The notes under the pieces are model-generated. The model saw only the letters and a list, made by a program, of their open reading frames with translations. It had not been told where the DNA came from and did no database searches. From positions 64,189 to 128,188 of the forward strand of contig CAVVEU010000005.1 in assembly GCA_963747235.1 (NCBI GenBank): a stretch of DNA of 64,000 bases, written 5' to 3'. The DNA is from an uncultured Candidatus Rokubacteria bacterium. Its GTDB lineage: Bacteria > Methylomirabilota > Methylomirabilia > Rokubacteriales > CSP1-6. A program made the translations under genes and the position numbers. Each line of letters starts with the position of its first letter. The first letter of the stretch is position 1. Shown here piece after piece: positions 1 to 10,264 of this stretch.

Positions 1-618
1 CCGCTCACCTTCGGCTCCCGCATCCATCCCGGCAAGCTGTACAAGGGCGTGGTGGACGTGGCCGAGCGCTTCGCCGAGGTGATCAACGCCGAGCTCCGGG
101 GCCTGGTGGACGCGGGCGCCGACTATATTCAAATCGATGAGCCGGCGCGCGGCAATGTGAGCGGCGAGGAGATGGCGCGTCTCTTCAACCTGGCCACCGA
201 GGGCGTGAAGGCCAAGCTCGGCTTCCACATCTGCTTCGGCAACCGCTTCGGCCGCTCACGGTTCGATCGCTCCTACCGGCCATATTTTCCGGGCGTGCTG
301 AAGGCCCGGGCGGACCAGCTCGTGCTGGAGTTCGCGGGCCGGGAGCTCTCGGAGCTCGACCTCTGGAAGGAGTACGGCCAGGATCGCGAGCTGGGGGCCG
401 GGGTCATCGACGTGAAGGGCTTCAATACCGACAGCCCGGAGGACGTGGCCGCGCGCATCCGGCGGGTGCTCACGGTCTGCCGCCCCGAGAAGCTCTACGT
501 CAATCCCGACTGCGGCTTCGGCTGGTCTCCCCGCTACATGTGCAATCAGAAGGTGCGCGCGCTCGCGGCCGGCGCGGTACTGGCCCGCCAGCAGCTCACC
601 GGCGCGCGCGGGGGGTAA
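1..618 (+). CDS. Cobalamin-independent methionine synthase II family protein (5' partial)
   Basis: Frame is open from base 1. Carries IQIDEP, the Zn ligands HIC/LEF/PDCG and GVIDVK, typical of MetE C-terminal-like proteins. Confidence 0.85.
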   Translation, partial: PLTFGSRIHPGKLYKGVVDVAERFAEVINAELRGLVDAGADYIQIDEPARGNVSGEEMARLFNLATEGVKAKLGFHICFGNRFGRSRFDRSYRPYFPGVLKARADQLVLEFAGRELSELDLWKEYGQDRELGAGVIDVKGFNTDSPEDVAARIRRVLTVCRPEKLYVNPDCGFGWSPRYMCNQKVRALAAGAVLARQQLTGARGG

Positions 619-741
619 GCACGAAATGCATTCACGGCTCGTCCTTCCGCCTGCCGTTTCTTGCGAGTGTCAGCGATCTCACGTCGGCCTGGTGACACCC
701 TCCGCCTAGCAGATTCAGTCGGTTACCTCGAAGTGTCCGCG

Positions 742-757
742 TGGCACTCGCTTTGCT
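742..757 (+). promoter_or_regulatory. Sigma-54 (-24/-12) promoter
   Basis: TGGCACTCGCTTTGCT matches the consensus TGGCAC-N5-TTGCW; it lies about 65 bp upstream of the ATG at 821. Confidence 0.75.
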
Positions 758-820
758 CCCCCAGACCGTCACTGGCTCGACGCACCTACCCCGCGCCGGT
801 GAGAGGGAGCGAGATCGATC

Positions 821-2102
821 ATGCCCGGAACGAAAGTCATCGCGATGGCGGCCGCCCTGTTGTGCGCGGGCCTGCCGGCCGTCGCCACCGCCCAGACCGA
901 GGAAAGTGCCGGCGTCGTCACCACCGTCAACGGTGACGCCACCCTGATCCGCGCGGTGGCCGCCGCGCGGCCCGTCTCGCTGCAGATGCGCGACGAGATC
1001 TTCGTGCGCGACCGCATCCATACCCAGCCGCACTCCCTGGTGCGCGTGCTCCTGGGTGGCAAGGCCCTCATCACGGTGCGCGAGCTGTCGGTCCTCACCG
1101 TGACCGAGGACGATGGCCGAGTCACGGTGGATCTTCAGTCCGGGAAGATCGGGGTGGCGGTGGTCAAGGGCCGCATGCGCCCAGGTGAGGTGATCGAGAT
1201 CCGCTCGCCGAACGCGACCGCCGCCGTGCGGGGCACCGTCTTCGTGGTCGAGGTGGATCCGATCAAGGCCGGCGAGGCGATCACCACGACCCGCGTCCAT
1301 CTCTTCCACGGCGCGCTCGACGTGAGCGCGCACCTCGATCCCTCGAAGCCGACGGTCCGCCTCGCGGAGCTGCAGAGCGTGGTGGTGGCGGGCAATGCGC
1401 TGGGGTCGGTACGCCCGATCTCCCGTGACGCGGTCGCCACGCTGACCGCGGATCTGAAGCCGAAGCAGATGCAGACCAAGGACGCTCCCGACGAGTTCAA
1501 GAGTCCCCTCATGGCGCGCGAGCAGGGCCGTGCGGTCCAGCTCGCCACCGCGCTGCTCCCGCCCCTGCCCGGCGGGCCACCCCTCCCGGGCGGGCTCAAG
1601 ACCGTGAAGGGCACCGTGGCGGGCGTGACCGGTGTCGCGACGAACCTGACCGACGCCACGGCCGAGACGCTCGATCGCCTGATGGACACGCTCGGCCTCG
1701 GCGACACGCTGGTGGGCGGGCTGGTCGAGGGCGTCGGGGACACGCTGCAGGGCACCGTGGGCGCGCTCGGCAACACGCTGACGAACACGGTGGGTGGAGT
1801 CGGCAACACCCTGACGAACACGGTCGGCGGGCTCGGCGGCAGCGTCGGCGGGCTCGGCGGCACCGTCAGCGGTCTCGGCGGTACGGCCGGTGGGAGCCTT
1901 GGCGGTACAGGCGGTGGCAGCCTCGGTGGCACGGTCGGCAGCCTGGGTGGCACCACCGGCAGCCTCGGTGGGGACCGTCGGTAGCCTCGGCGGTACGGTC
2001 GGCGGAACCGTTGGTGCCGTCGGCGGGACCGTGGGCAGCGTCGGCGGGACCGTGGGCGGGGTGGTGGGCGGACTGGGCGGATTGCTCGGCGGCGGCCGCT
2101 AA
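821..2102 (+). CDS. Secreted FecR-domain protein with Gly/Thr/Val-rich repetitive C-terminal tail (frameshift near 1970-1973)
   Basis: Signal peptide and FecR-like motifs (DRIHT, SPNATAAVRGTVF). The GGTVGSL-type repeats continue in another frame (ORF 1890-2102) after an extra G. Confidence 0.75.
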
Positions 2103-2117
2103 AAGGACCCCGAGACC

Positions 2118-4730
2118 ATGACCGACCGTCGCGACCCTGCGCGTGAACGTGGCATTGTCTGGTACCCCGCGGACTTCTCCCGCGGGGGACTGGTGGCGGG
2201 CCTGCCCGATGATCTCGAGCCGCGATTGCTCGAGCCCGGGCAGCCCGCCACCTTCTCACCCGACGAGGCCGGCGTGCTGCTCCTCGACGGCCCGGTGGAC
2301 GATCTCGACGCGAGCCTGCTCGAAGCGGCGCGGCACGCCCTCGTGCCCGCGGTCGTGCTCTCGGAATCCCCGGAAGCGGCCCCGATGGCCCGGGGCTTCG
2401 TCACGCTCACGCTCCCGGTGGGCCCCGCCACGCTGGCGAGCGTGCTGCGCGCGGCGTGCGACCAGGCCCGCGTCACGCGCGAGGCGAAGGAGAGCACACG
2501 GCAGCTCGAGGAGTTGAACGCCATCGGCGTCCGCCTCTCGGGCGAGCGCGACACCAAGCTCCTGCTCGAGCTGATCTTGACCAAGGCGCGTAGCATCACC
2601 CGGAGCGACGCGGGCTCCATCTACCTGGTCGAGACCGCGACCGACGGCACGCGCCGGCTGCGCTTCGAGCTGGCCCAGAACGACAGCGTGCCGGTCGAGT
2701 TCAACGCGGTCGCGCTGCCGCTCAGCCGGGAGAGCCTGGCCGGCCACGTGGCGCTCACCGGCGAGATCCTCGACGTGGCCGACGCCTACGCGCTGCCCGC
2801 GGACTGCCCGTATCGCTTCAACCCGGACGTGGACGCCCTCGCCGGCTATCGCACCAAGTCCCTGCTCGTCCTGCCGATGCAGACGCCGGAGGGCGAGATC
2901 ATCGGCGTGCTCGCCCTCATCAACTGCAAGCGCGAGAGCGGACGGCCCTTCGCCACGACGGCGGTCATCGAGCGCGAGGCGCTCCCCTACTCCACCGCCT
3001 TCCGCAACCTCGCCGCGTCGCTCGCTTCCCAGGCCGCGGTGGCCCTGGCCAACAGCAATCTCTTCCGCGAGCTGACCCGCCGGCAGGCGCGCCTGGAAGC
3101 CCTCGTGGACGTGAGTCAGCGCGCGACGCGCCTCTGGCCGCCCGCGACGGTGCAGCGGCGCATCGCTGATCTCTACGTCGGGCTCCTCCACGCGGACGCG
3201 ATGGCCTTCCACCTGGTGGATGAGTCCCATCTCGTTCGCGTGGAAGTGCGCGGCGAAGGCGTGGATCTGCTCCTCCCCGAGAAGGTCGCGATGGGCATGG
3301 GGCCGATCGGGCGGGTTGCCGCGACCGGCGAGCCGCTCGCCATCATGGACCTGGCCGCCCGCGGGTGGCTCGATCCCGAGGCCCGCGAGAGCGCCGCGCG
3401 TCTCGGCATGCGGGCGGGCCTCGCCGTTCCGGTGCGCGCCGGCGATCGGCTGGTGGGCGTGCTCACGGCATTGACCAGCCAGGTCGCCGCGTTCTCCGAC
3501 GACGACGTGGCGGTGGCCAGCACCTTCGCGGCGCAGGCCGGCATCGCGGTCGAGAACTCGCGCCTCTACGCGGAGCTCGAGCGCGCGCTGGAGGGCGTGC
3601 AGAAGTCCCAGGACCAGCTCGTGCAGGTGGAGCGGCTCCGGGCCCTCGGCGAGATGGCCGCGGGCGTGGCCCACGACTTCAACAATCTCCTGGCCGTCGT
3701 CATGCTGCGGACCGAGCTACTGCTGGCCAGAGGGCAGGCCCCCGCGGTCGCGGAGAGCCTGACCATGATCCGCCAGGCCGCGCAGGACGGCGCGCAGACG
3801 GTGCGGCGCATCCAGGAGTTCACCCGCACGCGCAGCACGCGGCCCTTCGGCCAGGTGGACATGCACCAGGTGCTGCACGAGGTCGTGGAGCTGGCCCGGC
3901 CCCGGTGGCGCGATCAGGCGCAGAGCCGCGGCGTCACCTACGACGTGCGCGTCAAGGGTGGGAAGGTCCCGCTCGTGGCGGGCACCGCGGAGGAGCTGCG
4001 CGAGGCCCTGCTCAACCTGCTGAACAATGCCCTCGAGGCGATGCCCGCCGGCGGCACGTTCACGTTCAGCGCGGCCGCCGAGGGCGACCGGGTGGTGATC
4101 CGCGCGGCCGACGGGGGCTGCGGCATGTCCGAGGAGACCCGGCGGCGCGTTTTCGAGCCCTTCTTCACGACCAAGGGCGCCCAGGGCAATGGCCTCGGCC
4201 TGGCGGTGGTCTGGGGCATCATGGCCCGGCACGGCGGCGAGATCGCGGTGGACAGCGTCCTGGGCCAGGGCACCACGTTCACGATCCGCCTGCCCGTGCC
4301 GGCGGTGCTGCCGATGGACCAGGGGACCGAGGGCGCCCTGGGGCTGCCCGAGGGGCTACGGGTCCTCGTGGTGGAGGACAACCAGGAGATCCTCCGCTCG
4401 CTCGGGGACGTGCTCCGCGACCATGGCTGCGAGGTGGTGGAGGCCCCGAACGGTGCCACCGCCCTGGCGCGGCTCGAGACCGGGGCCGTGGACCTGGTCC
4501 TGACTGATCTCGCCATGCCCGGGGTGTCCGGCTGGGAGGTCGCCTCGGCCTGCCGGGAGCGCTATCCCGAGATGCCGGTCGGGCTGATCACCGGCTTCGG
4601 GGACCAGCTCGAGCCGGAAAAGCTCGAGCGCCACGGCATCCAGTTCGTGGTCGCCAAGCCCTTCTCGTCCGACGAGCTGCTCCAGGTGGTCGCCACCGCG
4701 CTGAAGGGGTCACGGCGCGCCCGCGGCTAG
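2118..4730 (+). CDS. GAF-GAF hybrid sensor histidine kinase/response regulator
   Basis: Two GAF-like regions, H-box AHDFNNLL, N/G/F boxes (NALEAM, FEPFFTTK, GLGL) and a C-terminal REC domain (VLVVED, DLAMPG, KPF). Confidence 0.9.
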   Translation: MTDRRDPARERGIVWYPADFSRGGLVAGLPDDLEPRLLEPGQPATFSPDEAGVLLLDGPVDDLDASLLEAARHALVPAVVLSESPEAAPMARGFVTLTLPVGPATLASVLRAACDQARVTREAKESTRQLEELNAIGVRLSGERDTKLLLELILTKARSITRSDAGSIYLVETATDGTRRLRFELAQNDSVPVEFNAVALPLSRESLAGHVALTGEILDVADAYALPADCPYRFNPDVDALAGYRTKSLLVLPMQTPEGEIIGVLALINCKRESGRPFATTAVIEREALPYSTAFRNLAASLASQAAVALANSNLFRELTRRQARLEALVDVSQRATRLWPPATVQRRIADLYVGLLHADAMAFHLVDESHLVRVEVRGEGVDLLLPEKVAMGMGPIGRVAATGEPLAIMDLAARGWLDPEARESAARLGMRAGLAVPVRAGDRLVGVLTALTSQVAAFSDDDVAVASTFAAQAGIAVENSRLYAELERALEGVQKSQDQLVQVERLRALGEMAAGVAHDFNNLLAVVMLRTELLLARGQAPAVAESLTMIRQAAQDGAQTVRRIQEFTRTRSTRPFGQVDMHQVLHEVVELARPRWRDQAQSRGVTYDVRVKGGKVPLVAGTAEELREALLNLLNNALEAMPAGGTFTFSAAAEGDRVVIRAADGGCGMSEETRRRVFEPFFTTKGAQGNGLGLAVVWGIMARHGGEIAVDSVLGQGTTFTIRLPVPAVLPMDQGTEGALGLPEGLRVLVVEDNQEILRSLGDVLRDHGCEVVEAPNGATALARLETGAVDLVLTDLAMPGVSGWEVASACRERYPEMPVGLITGFGDQLEPEKLERHGIQFVVAKPFSSDELLQVVATALKGSRRARG

Positions 4731-4734
4731 CTCC

Positions 4735-5346
4735 CTATCGCGTGGCCTTCCGGCGCTCGTAGTGGCGCCGGCCCTTGGCCCGGTTTCCGCAGCTCGCCAT
4801 GTCACACCAGCGCCGGCTGCGGTTCTTGGTCCCGTCCATGAAGAGCCGCCCGCAGTCGTAACCGGCGCACTCACGGACGCCTGTCAGAGCTCTCGAGGTG
4901 AGGAGCTCGGAGGCTTCGCGCGCCACCCACCACGCCACCCGATCCACGCCGAGCGGCGCGTCGGGCCAGCTCCACTCGAATCCGCCCCCGGCGGCGGGGC
5001 TCAGGCCGGCCCTGGTCATCGCCTTGCCAATAGCCTTGTTGATGGTGCGAAGGTCGGACGCCGGAGCGGGCAGACCCGCGGCCCGTGCGGAGAAGACCCC
5101 GTAGAGCGCCTCCCGCAGCGTGAGGGCCTGCGCCAGCGCGTCCGCCGCCGAGCGGGGCTGCTGGCGTGCGGTCTCGCCCAGCGTGGCCGCCTCGCCGGGG
5201 GTCAGGATCGTCGCCTGGCGGGCCCAGGACAGCAGGTCTTCATAGCCGCCGATCAGGTCGACCTTCTCGCTGAGTGGGCGGGACCGGACCGTGTTGGTGA
5301 AATCGAGGCAGAGGCGGCCGGCGTTGAGCTCGAACGCGTATTCCAT
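4735..5346 (-). CDS. ABATE/CGNR zinc-finger domain protein
   Basis: LCLDFTNT N-terminus and C..C...RRWCDMASCGNRAK C-terminus. ATG at 5346 is preferred because a TATAGT box lies 8 nt upstream; the ORF track starts at TTG 5355. Confidence 0.9.
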   Translation of the reverse strand: MEYAFELNAGRLCLDFTNTVRSRPLSEKVDLIGGYEDLLSWARQATILTPGEAATLGETARQQPRSAADALAQALTLREALYGVFSARAAGLPAPASDLRTINKAIGKAMTRAGLSPAAGGGFEWSWPDAPLGVDRVAWWVAREASELLTSRALTGVRECAGYDCGRLFMDGTKNRSRRWCDMASCGNRAKGRRHYERRKATR

Positions 5347-5387
5347 CGCGTCCAACTATATAACCTTCTAACGGTTTTTTGAAAGGT

Positions 5388-7685
5388 CTACCGACGCCGC
5401 TTCTGGTAGGCCAGGCTCACCAGGAGCAGGACCACGCCCAGGACCAGGAACGAGAGGATCCGGTAGGCGGTCCGGACTGCGCCCAGGTCCACGGCGAACA
5501 CCTTGAAGACGGTCAAGCCAAACAGGGCGAGGGCTGCGTACCGGACGGCCGGGTTCGCGCGCAAGAAGCCCCAGGCCAGGGCGGCGGCCGCGTAGAGCGT
5601 CCAGAGCAGGGAGAGCCCCACCTGGGTCCGCCACCGCAGCTCGCCGACGAGATGGTTCCGGCCGGCCGTACGCGCGGCCGCCACCCCCATCTCCTGGTAG
5701 CGCGTCCAGTTCACGCTCAGCACGAAGAGCAGGGCCAGGCCTGCCGCCCCCGAGAGCGCCCGGCCGACGGCGGCGGCCCAAGGGAGAGCCGTGGATCGGG
5801 CCAGGGCCCCGCCGGCCAGGCCGATGGCCATGCAGGCCGCCACCCGGACCAGCAGCGGGAGATTCACCAGAGTGCCGGCGGCTTGCCGGGCCATGTCGTC
5901 GTCCACCCCGAGCACCCGAACGAGGACCACGCCGGCCAGTAGGGGGGTGGCGACGACGAAGGCGGGCGACGAGGACACACGCGCCAGGAGACCGACCACG
6001 ACGAGCTCGCCGATCAGCAGTACCGCCGGCCAGTGCCCGGACGGCTCCCGCCAGAGCTGGACGGCCAGCGTCCCCACGGCGGCCACCCAGAGTGCGGCCC
6101 GCAGGCTCACGGGTGTCCACCCGGCCCGGACCAGGCCCAGGGCCCGCCCACCCAGCCCGCCCCCGACAGCCAGGGCGATCACGACCAGGAGATGAACCAG
6201 GAAGGCCCGGTTCCAGACCGGCCTGATGTCGGCCGCCCAGTAGGCGTCGAGCCCGACCGCACGGAGCGCCGCCAGCAGCAGGACCGCCAGCCCGCCCCAG
6301 GCCGCCACCGGCGCCGGGGATCGCGAGGCAAGCCACAGCAGCATCACGCCCTGGACCGCCCAGGCGAGCGTGACCCACTGGCCATCCAGCGCCAGGGGCA
6401 TGGTGATGGTGAGGAAGGTCCAGGACACGCCCTCGTGCAGGTCCACGGTGACGCGGTCGTCGGGGACCCGGGAGGCGTAGTCGGCCGCCACCAGGCGGTA
6501 GAGCACGGCCAGGCCGAGCGCATAGGGCCCCTCCCACGAGGGGCGCCACGCCTCGAGCGTGACGTAGACCGCCCAGAAGTAGGCCGCCGCGTTGGCGACC
6601 ACCAGGACCAGATCGATCCGGTCGGCCCGGCGGTCTGTCCCTGCTCCTGCAGGAACCGCGTGGTCGCGGAAGAGCGGCACCACGAGGAAGATCAGGAACA
6701 GGGCCGAGAGCAGCACCAGGCGCGCGAGCGGGCGCGGGGCCTCCGGCTCGCGAAGCAGCGTCGGCAGCACGAGCAGCGCGCTGCCGACCCACGCGAGCCG
6801 GTTGAGCGATGGCCAGGTGCGGTAGCGCGCCGCGAGCAGCACGAGCGCGTCGAGCACGAGCAGGTACGCGAGGAGGTTGCGCTCGTCGGGCCGCTCCACC
6901 TGCAGCAGCACGGGCGTGAGGAGACCGCCCAGCACCGTGAGCACCGCGGTGATCAGCCGGCTGCTCGCGACCGCGACCGCGGTGCCCAGGAGCGTGACCG
7001 CGAACAGCGCGACGAACGCGGGGGTCGCTCCCACGAGGCCGTAGAAGGCGTGGGCGGCGAAGAGCGAGAGGTACAGCACGCCCAGGCCGCCGCCGGCCAG
7101 CCCTTCGCTGAGATACGGGACGTCGCGCCGGCGATGCAGGAGCAGGCCGCCGCCCAGCATGACGAGGCCCGCGACGAGGCCGAGAGCCACGCGCGCGGCG
7201 GGCCCGAGGAAGGCGGTGTCGAAGGCCCACTTCAGGAAGAGCGCGACCCCGACCAGGATGGCAACGATGCCGACCCAGGTGGCCCAGCGCGCGCCGATGC
7301 GCTGCTCGAGGTCGAGCCCGCGGTGCGGCGCCGGCATGGGCGGCGCCGGGCTCGGTGCCGCCAGGGGCGGCGTGTCGAGGACCGACCCCTCCGCGAGCGG
7401 AGCGAGCTCCACCGGCGCCAGCCCGGCCGGTGACGGCACCGGCACGGGCTCGACGCCCGGCGTGACGTCCGGCGCGGCCGGGCTCTCGCGCGGCGTGCCG
7501 GCGCCCGGCCCGCCCTCGAGCTTCCACACGCGATAGACGAGCCCGCGCAGGCGCTCCTCGAGCGCGGCCACGCGCTCGTCCGCGTCGGCGGGCCGTCGCG
7601 CGCGCGCCGCGCTCAGGGCGACGAGGGCCATGACGATCGCGACCACGGACAGGATCAGACCGACGGCAATTCCCGCGGCAAGCAT
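5388..7685 (-). CDS. DUF2339 family multi-pass membrane protein
   Basis: LEQRIGARWATWVG motif, many TM segments, and a C-terminal KVFAVDL...RILSF motif. Confidence 0.85.
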   Translation of the reverse strand: MLAAGIAVGLILSVVAIVMALVALSAARARRPADADERVAALEERLRGLVYRVWKLEGGPGAGTPRESPAAPDVTPGVEPVPVPSPAGLAPVELAPLAEGSVLDTPPLAAPSPAPPMPAPHRGLDLEQRIGARWATWVGIVAILVGVALFLKWAFDTAFLGPAARVALGLVAGLVMLGGGLLLHRRRDVPYLSEGLAGGGLGVLYLSLFAAHAFYGLVGATPAFVALFAVTLLGTAVAVASSRLITAVLTVLGGLLTPVLLQVERPDERNLLAYLLVLDALVLLAARYRTWPSLNRLAWVGSALLVLPTLLREPEAPRPLARLVLLSALFLIFLVVPLFRDHAVPAGAGTDRRADRIDLVLVVANAAAYFWAVYVTLEAWRPSWEGPYALGLAVLYRLVAADYASRVPDDRVTVDLHEGVSWTFLTITMPLALDGQWVTLAWAVQGVMLLWLASRSPAPVAAWGGLAVLLLAALRAVGLDAYWAADIRPVWNRAFLVHLLVVIALAVGGGLGGRALGLVRAGWTPVSLRAALWVAAVGTLAVQLWREPSGHWPAVLLIGELVVVGLLARVSSSPAFVVATPLLAGVVLVRVLGVDDDMARQAAGTLVNLPLLVRVAACMAIGLAGGALARSTALPWAAAVGRALSGAAGLALLFVLSVNWTRYQEMGVAAARTAGRNHLVGELRWRTQVGLSLLWTLYAAAALAWGFLRANPAVRYAALALFGLTVFKVFAVDLGAVRTAYRILSFLVLGVVLLLVSLAYQKRRR

Positions 7686-7773
7686 GATCTGGCGCGAGCC
7701 TACACCACCGCGTTCCCGGTCCGGTTGGATTTGTGCCGTCCCGCGCCGCGACGGATAGGCGATACTAGGCCCC

Positions 7774-8349
7774 GTGCTGCGACCATCACGGGCGGGGCGC
7801 CGAATCTTGACCGCGCTCGTCCTGGCCGCGCTGGCCCTGCCTCCCGCCGTCGAGGCGCAGCCGCTCCGCTTCCGCATCCAGCCCGAGGCCAGCGAGATCA
7901 CCTTCCGGGCGACGTCGCGGTTGATGAACGCGGACGGTCACTTCTCCCGCTTCAGCGGCGACGTGATGGTGGATCCCGCCGTCCTCACCACCGGGCGCAT
8001 CACCCTCACGATCGACGCGGCCTCGCTCAACACCGGGATCGAGATGCGCGACAACCACCTGCGCAGCTCCGACTTCTTCGACGTGACGCGCTTCCCCACC
8101 GTCGCCTTCCAGAGCGTGCGGATCGAGGCGTCGGGGCGCCGGGCCACCGTGGTGGGCCGCCTGACCCTGCACGGCGTGACCCGGGAGGTCGCGGTGCCGA
8201 TCGACGTGCAGATCACCAATACCGCGCTCGTGGCGAGCGGCGAGTTCATCGTCAACCGCGGCGAGTACGGGATCAACTACAACTCGTTCGTGAACCCGAT
8301 CGGGAACGAGGTCCGCGTGGCGTTCACCTTCCGCGCCCGCGTGCCCTGA
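7774..8349 (+). CDS. YceI family periplasmic lipid/isoprenoid-binding protein
   Basis: Signal peptide; SLNTG..RDNHLRS.DFFD..FP and LTLHGVTREV motifs. Confidence 0.9.
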   Translation: MLRPSRAGRRILTALVLAALALPPAVEAQPLRFRIQPEASEITFRATSRLMNADGHFSRFSGDVMVDPAVLTTGRITLTIDAASLNTGIEMRDNHLRSSDFFDVTRFPTVAFQSVRIEASGRRATVVGRLTLHGVTREVAVPIDVQITNTALVASGEFIVNRGEYGINYNSFVNPIGNEVRVAFTFRARVP

Positions 8350-8360
8350 GGAGCCCACAC

Positions 8361-9071
8361 ATGGATGCACGGACCGCGGGACGTCGCATGACCGAGCTCT
8401 TGAACCTGACCAGCCGGCCGGTGGCGGTGACGTTCACCGCGACCGCGCCCGCCGGTGTCCCGCGGGTCGCCAGGGCCGGGCCCGCCGGCTGCGCCTACTG
8501 GAAGCAGGCCGCGGAGGGCGCGGTGTTCTACACCGAGGCCGCCGATCACTACAATTGCCCGGTCGGTTCGTTCACCCACGGCATCACGCTGCCGCCCGAG
8601 CGGGCCAAGGAGCTCGAGGATGTGGTGGGCACGATGGTGGGCCTGCAGTACATCCGGATGGAGGAAGTGGGCGCGCTGCCGCGCCGGACCGCGCCGTTCC
8701 AGGTGGCGGTCTACGGCCCGCTGGCCGAGACGCCCGCGCCGCCCGACGTGGTGCTGGTACGCGGCCGCGCGCGCCAGATCATGCTGGTGGCCGAGGCCGC
8801 GCGCGCGGCCGGGATCGTGGGCGACGGCGCCGCGATGGGCCGGCCCGCCTGCGCGATGATCCCCGCCGTCCTCGGCGGGCCCACCGGCGTCACCAGCCTC
8901 GGCTGCATCGGCAACCGCGTCTACACCGGCCTGGGTGACGACGAGCTCTACTTCACGATCCCGGGTCCGAAGATCGGCGAGGTGGTGGAGCGGCTCGAGA
9001 CGGTGATGGACGCCAACCGGGCGCTCGAGACGTACCACGAGGGGCGCCGGGCTATAATCAGTCCCCCATGA
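8361..9071 (+). CDS. DUF169 domain protein
   Basis: 3' part of ORF 7725-9071, with GAGGAG upstream of ATG 8361. Motifs PVAVTF, CPVG, PDVVLV, AC and SLGC.G.R resemble DUF169. Confidence 0.7.
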   Translation: MDARTAGRRMTELLNLTSRPVAVTFTATAPAGVPRVARAGPAGCAYWKQAAEGAVFYTEAADHYNCPVGSFTHGITLPPERAKELEDVVGTMVGLQYIRMEEVGALPRRTAPFQVAVYGPLAETPAPPDVVLVRGRARQIMLVAEAARAAGIVGDGAAMGRPACAMIPAVLGGPTGVTSLGCIGNRVYTGLGDDELYFTIPGPKIGEVVERLETVMDANRALETYHEGRRAIISPP

Positions 9072-10264
9072 ACGCGCCCCTCGCCGGCCTCCTCGTCGCC
9101 GATCTCACCCAGAACGTGGCGGGCCCGTACTGCACCCAGATCCTGGGCGACCTCGGCGCGGAGATCGTGAAGGTGGAGCGCCTCGGCAAGGGCGACGACG
9201 CGCGCGCCTGGGGGCCGCCCTTCTGGGGCCAGGAGAGCGCCACCTTCATGAGCGTCAACCGCAACAAGCGGAGCCTGTCGGTCGATCTCAAGGCCGACGA
9301 GGGGCGCGCGGTGGTCGAGCGGCTGCTCGGCCGCGCCGACGTCTTCGTGCAGTCGCTCCGGGCCGGCGCGGCGGAGGAGCTGGGCCTGGGCTACGCGCGG
9401 GTCGCCGGGCTCAACCCGCGCCTGGTCTACTGCTCGGTCACCGCCTTCGGCACCGAGGGCCCGCTGAAGGACCGGCCCGGCTACGATCCGCTGATGCAGG
9501 CCTACGGCGGCATCATGTCCATCAACGGCCATCCCGATCAGCCGCCCGCGCGCGTGCCGGTCTCGGTGGTGGACATGGGCACCGGCATGTGGGCGGTGAT
9601 GGGCATCCTCGCCGCCCTGCGCGAGCGCGACCGCACCGGCCATGGCGCCGAGGTCACCACCGCGCTCTTCGACACCGCGCTCGCGTGGTCGGTCTTCCAG
9701 ATGAGTCACTACTTCGCCACCGGCGAGATCCCGCGGCCTCAGGGCTCGGGCACCGCGATGATCGTGCCCTACGAGGCCTTCCCGGTCGTGGACGGGTGGG
9801 TCATGATCGCGGCCGGCTCGGACGCCCTCTTCGTGAAGGCGACCGGCGCGCTCGAGGTGCCGGCGCTGGCCCGCGATCCGCGCTTCGTGGACAACCCGCG
9901 GCGCGTGGAGCACCGCGTGGCCCTGCAGGAGGCCCTGGCCCGGGTCACGCGGACCATGACCGCGGACGAGCTGCTGGGCCGCCTCCAGCGGGCGGGCGTG
10001 CCGTCGGCGCGCGTGTCCACCATGGACCAGGTCGCCACCGAGCCGCAGACGGAGGCGAGCGGCATGCTGGCGGCGGTGAAGCATCCGCGCCTGCCCGACT
10101 ACCGCCCGGTGGCGCTGCCGATCAAGTGGGACGGCGAGCGGCCGCCCGCCACGCGCGTGCCACCGCTGCTCGGGGAGCACTCGGCCGAGGTGCTGGCCGA
10201 GCTGGGCTACGATCACGCCGCCATCCAGGGGCTCGTGGAGCGCCATGTCATCCAGCTACTATAA
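9068..10264 (+). CDS. Family III CoA-transferase (CaiB/BaiF)
   Basis: PLAGLLVADL..AGP, GAEIVKVE, NRNKRS, GYD and PPLLGEH motifs. Confidence 0.95.
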   Translation: MNAPLAGLLVADLTQNVAGPYCTQILGDLGAEIVKVERLGKGDDARAWGPPFWGQESATFMSVNRNKRSLSVDLKADEGRAVVERLLGRADVFVQSLRAGAAEELGLGYARVAGLNPRLVYCSVTAFGTEGPLKDRPGYDPLMQAYGGIMSINGHPDQPPARVPVSVVDMGTGMWAVMGILAALRERDRTGHGAEVTTALFDTALAWSVFQMSHYFATGEIPRPQGSGTAMIVPYEAFPVVDGWVMIAAGSDALFVKATGALEVPALARDPRFVDNPRRVEHRVALQEALARVTRTMTADELLGRLQRAGVPSARVSTMDQVATEPQTEASGMLAAVKHPRLPDYRPVALPIKWDGERPPATRVPPLLGEHSAEVLAELGYDHAAIQGLVERHVIQLL

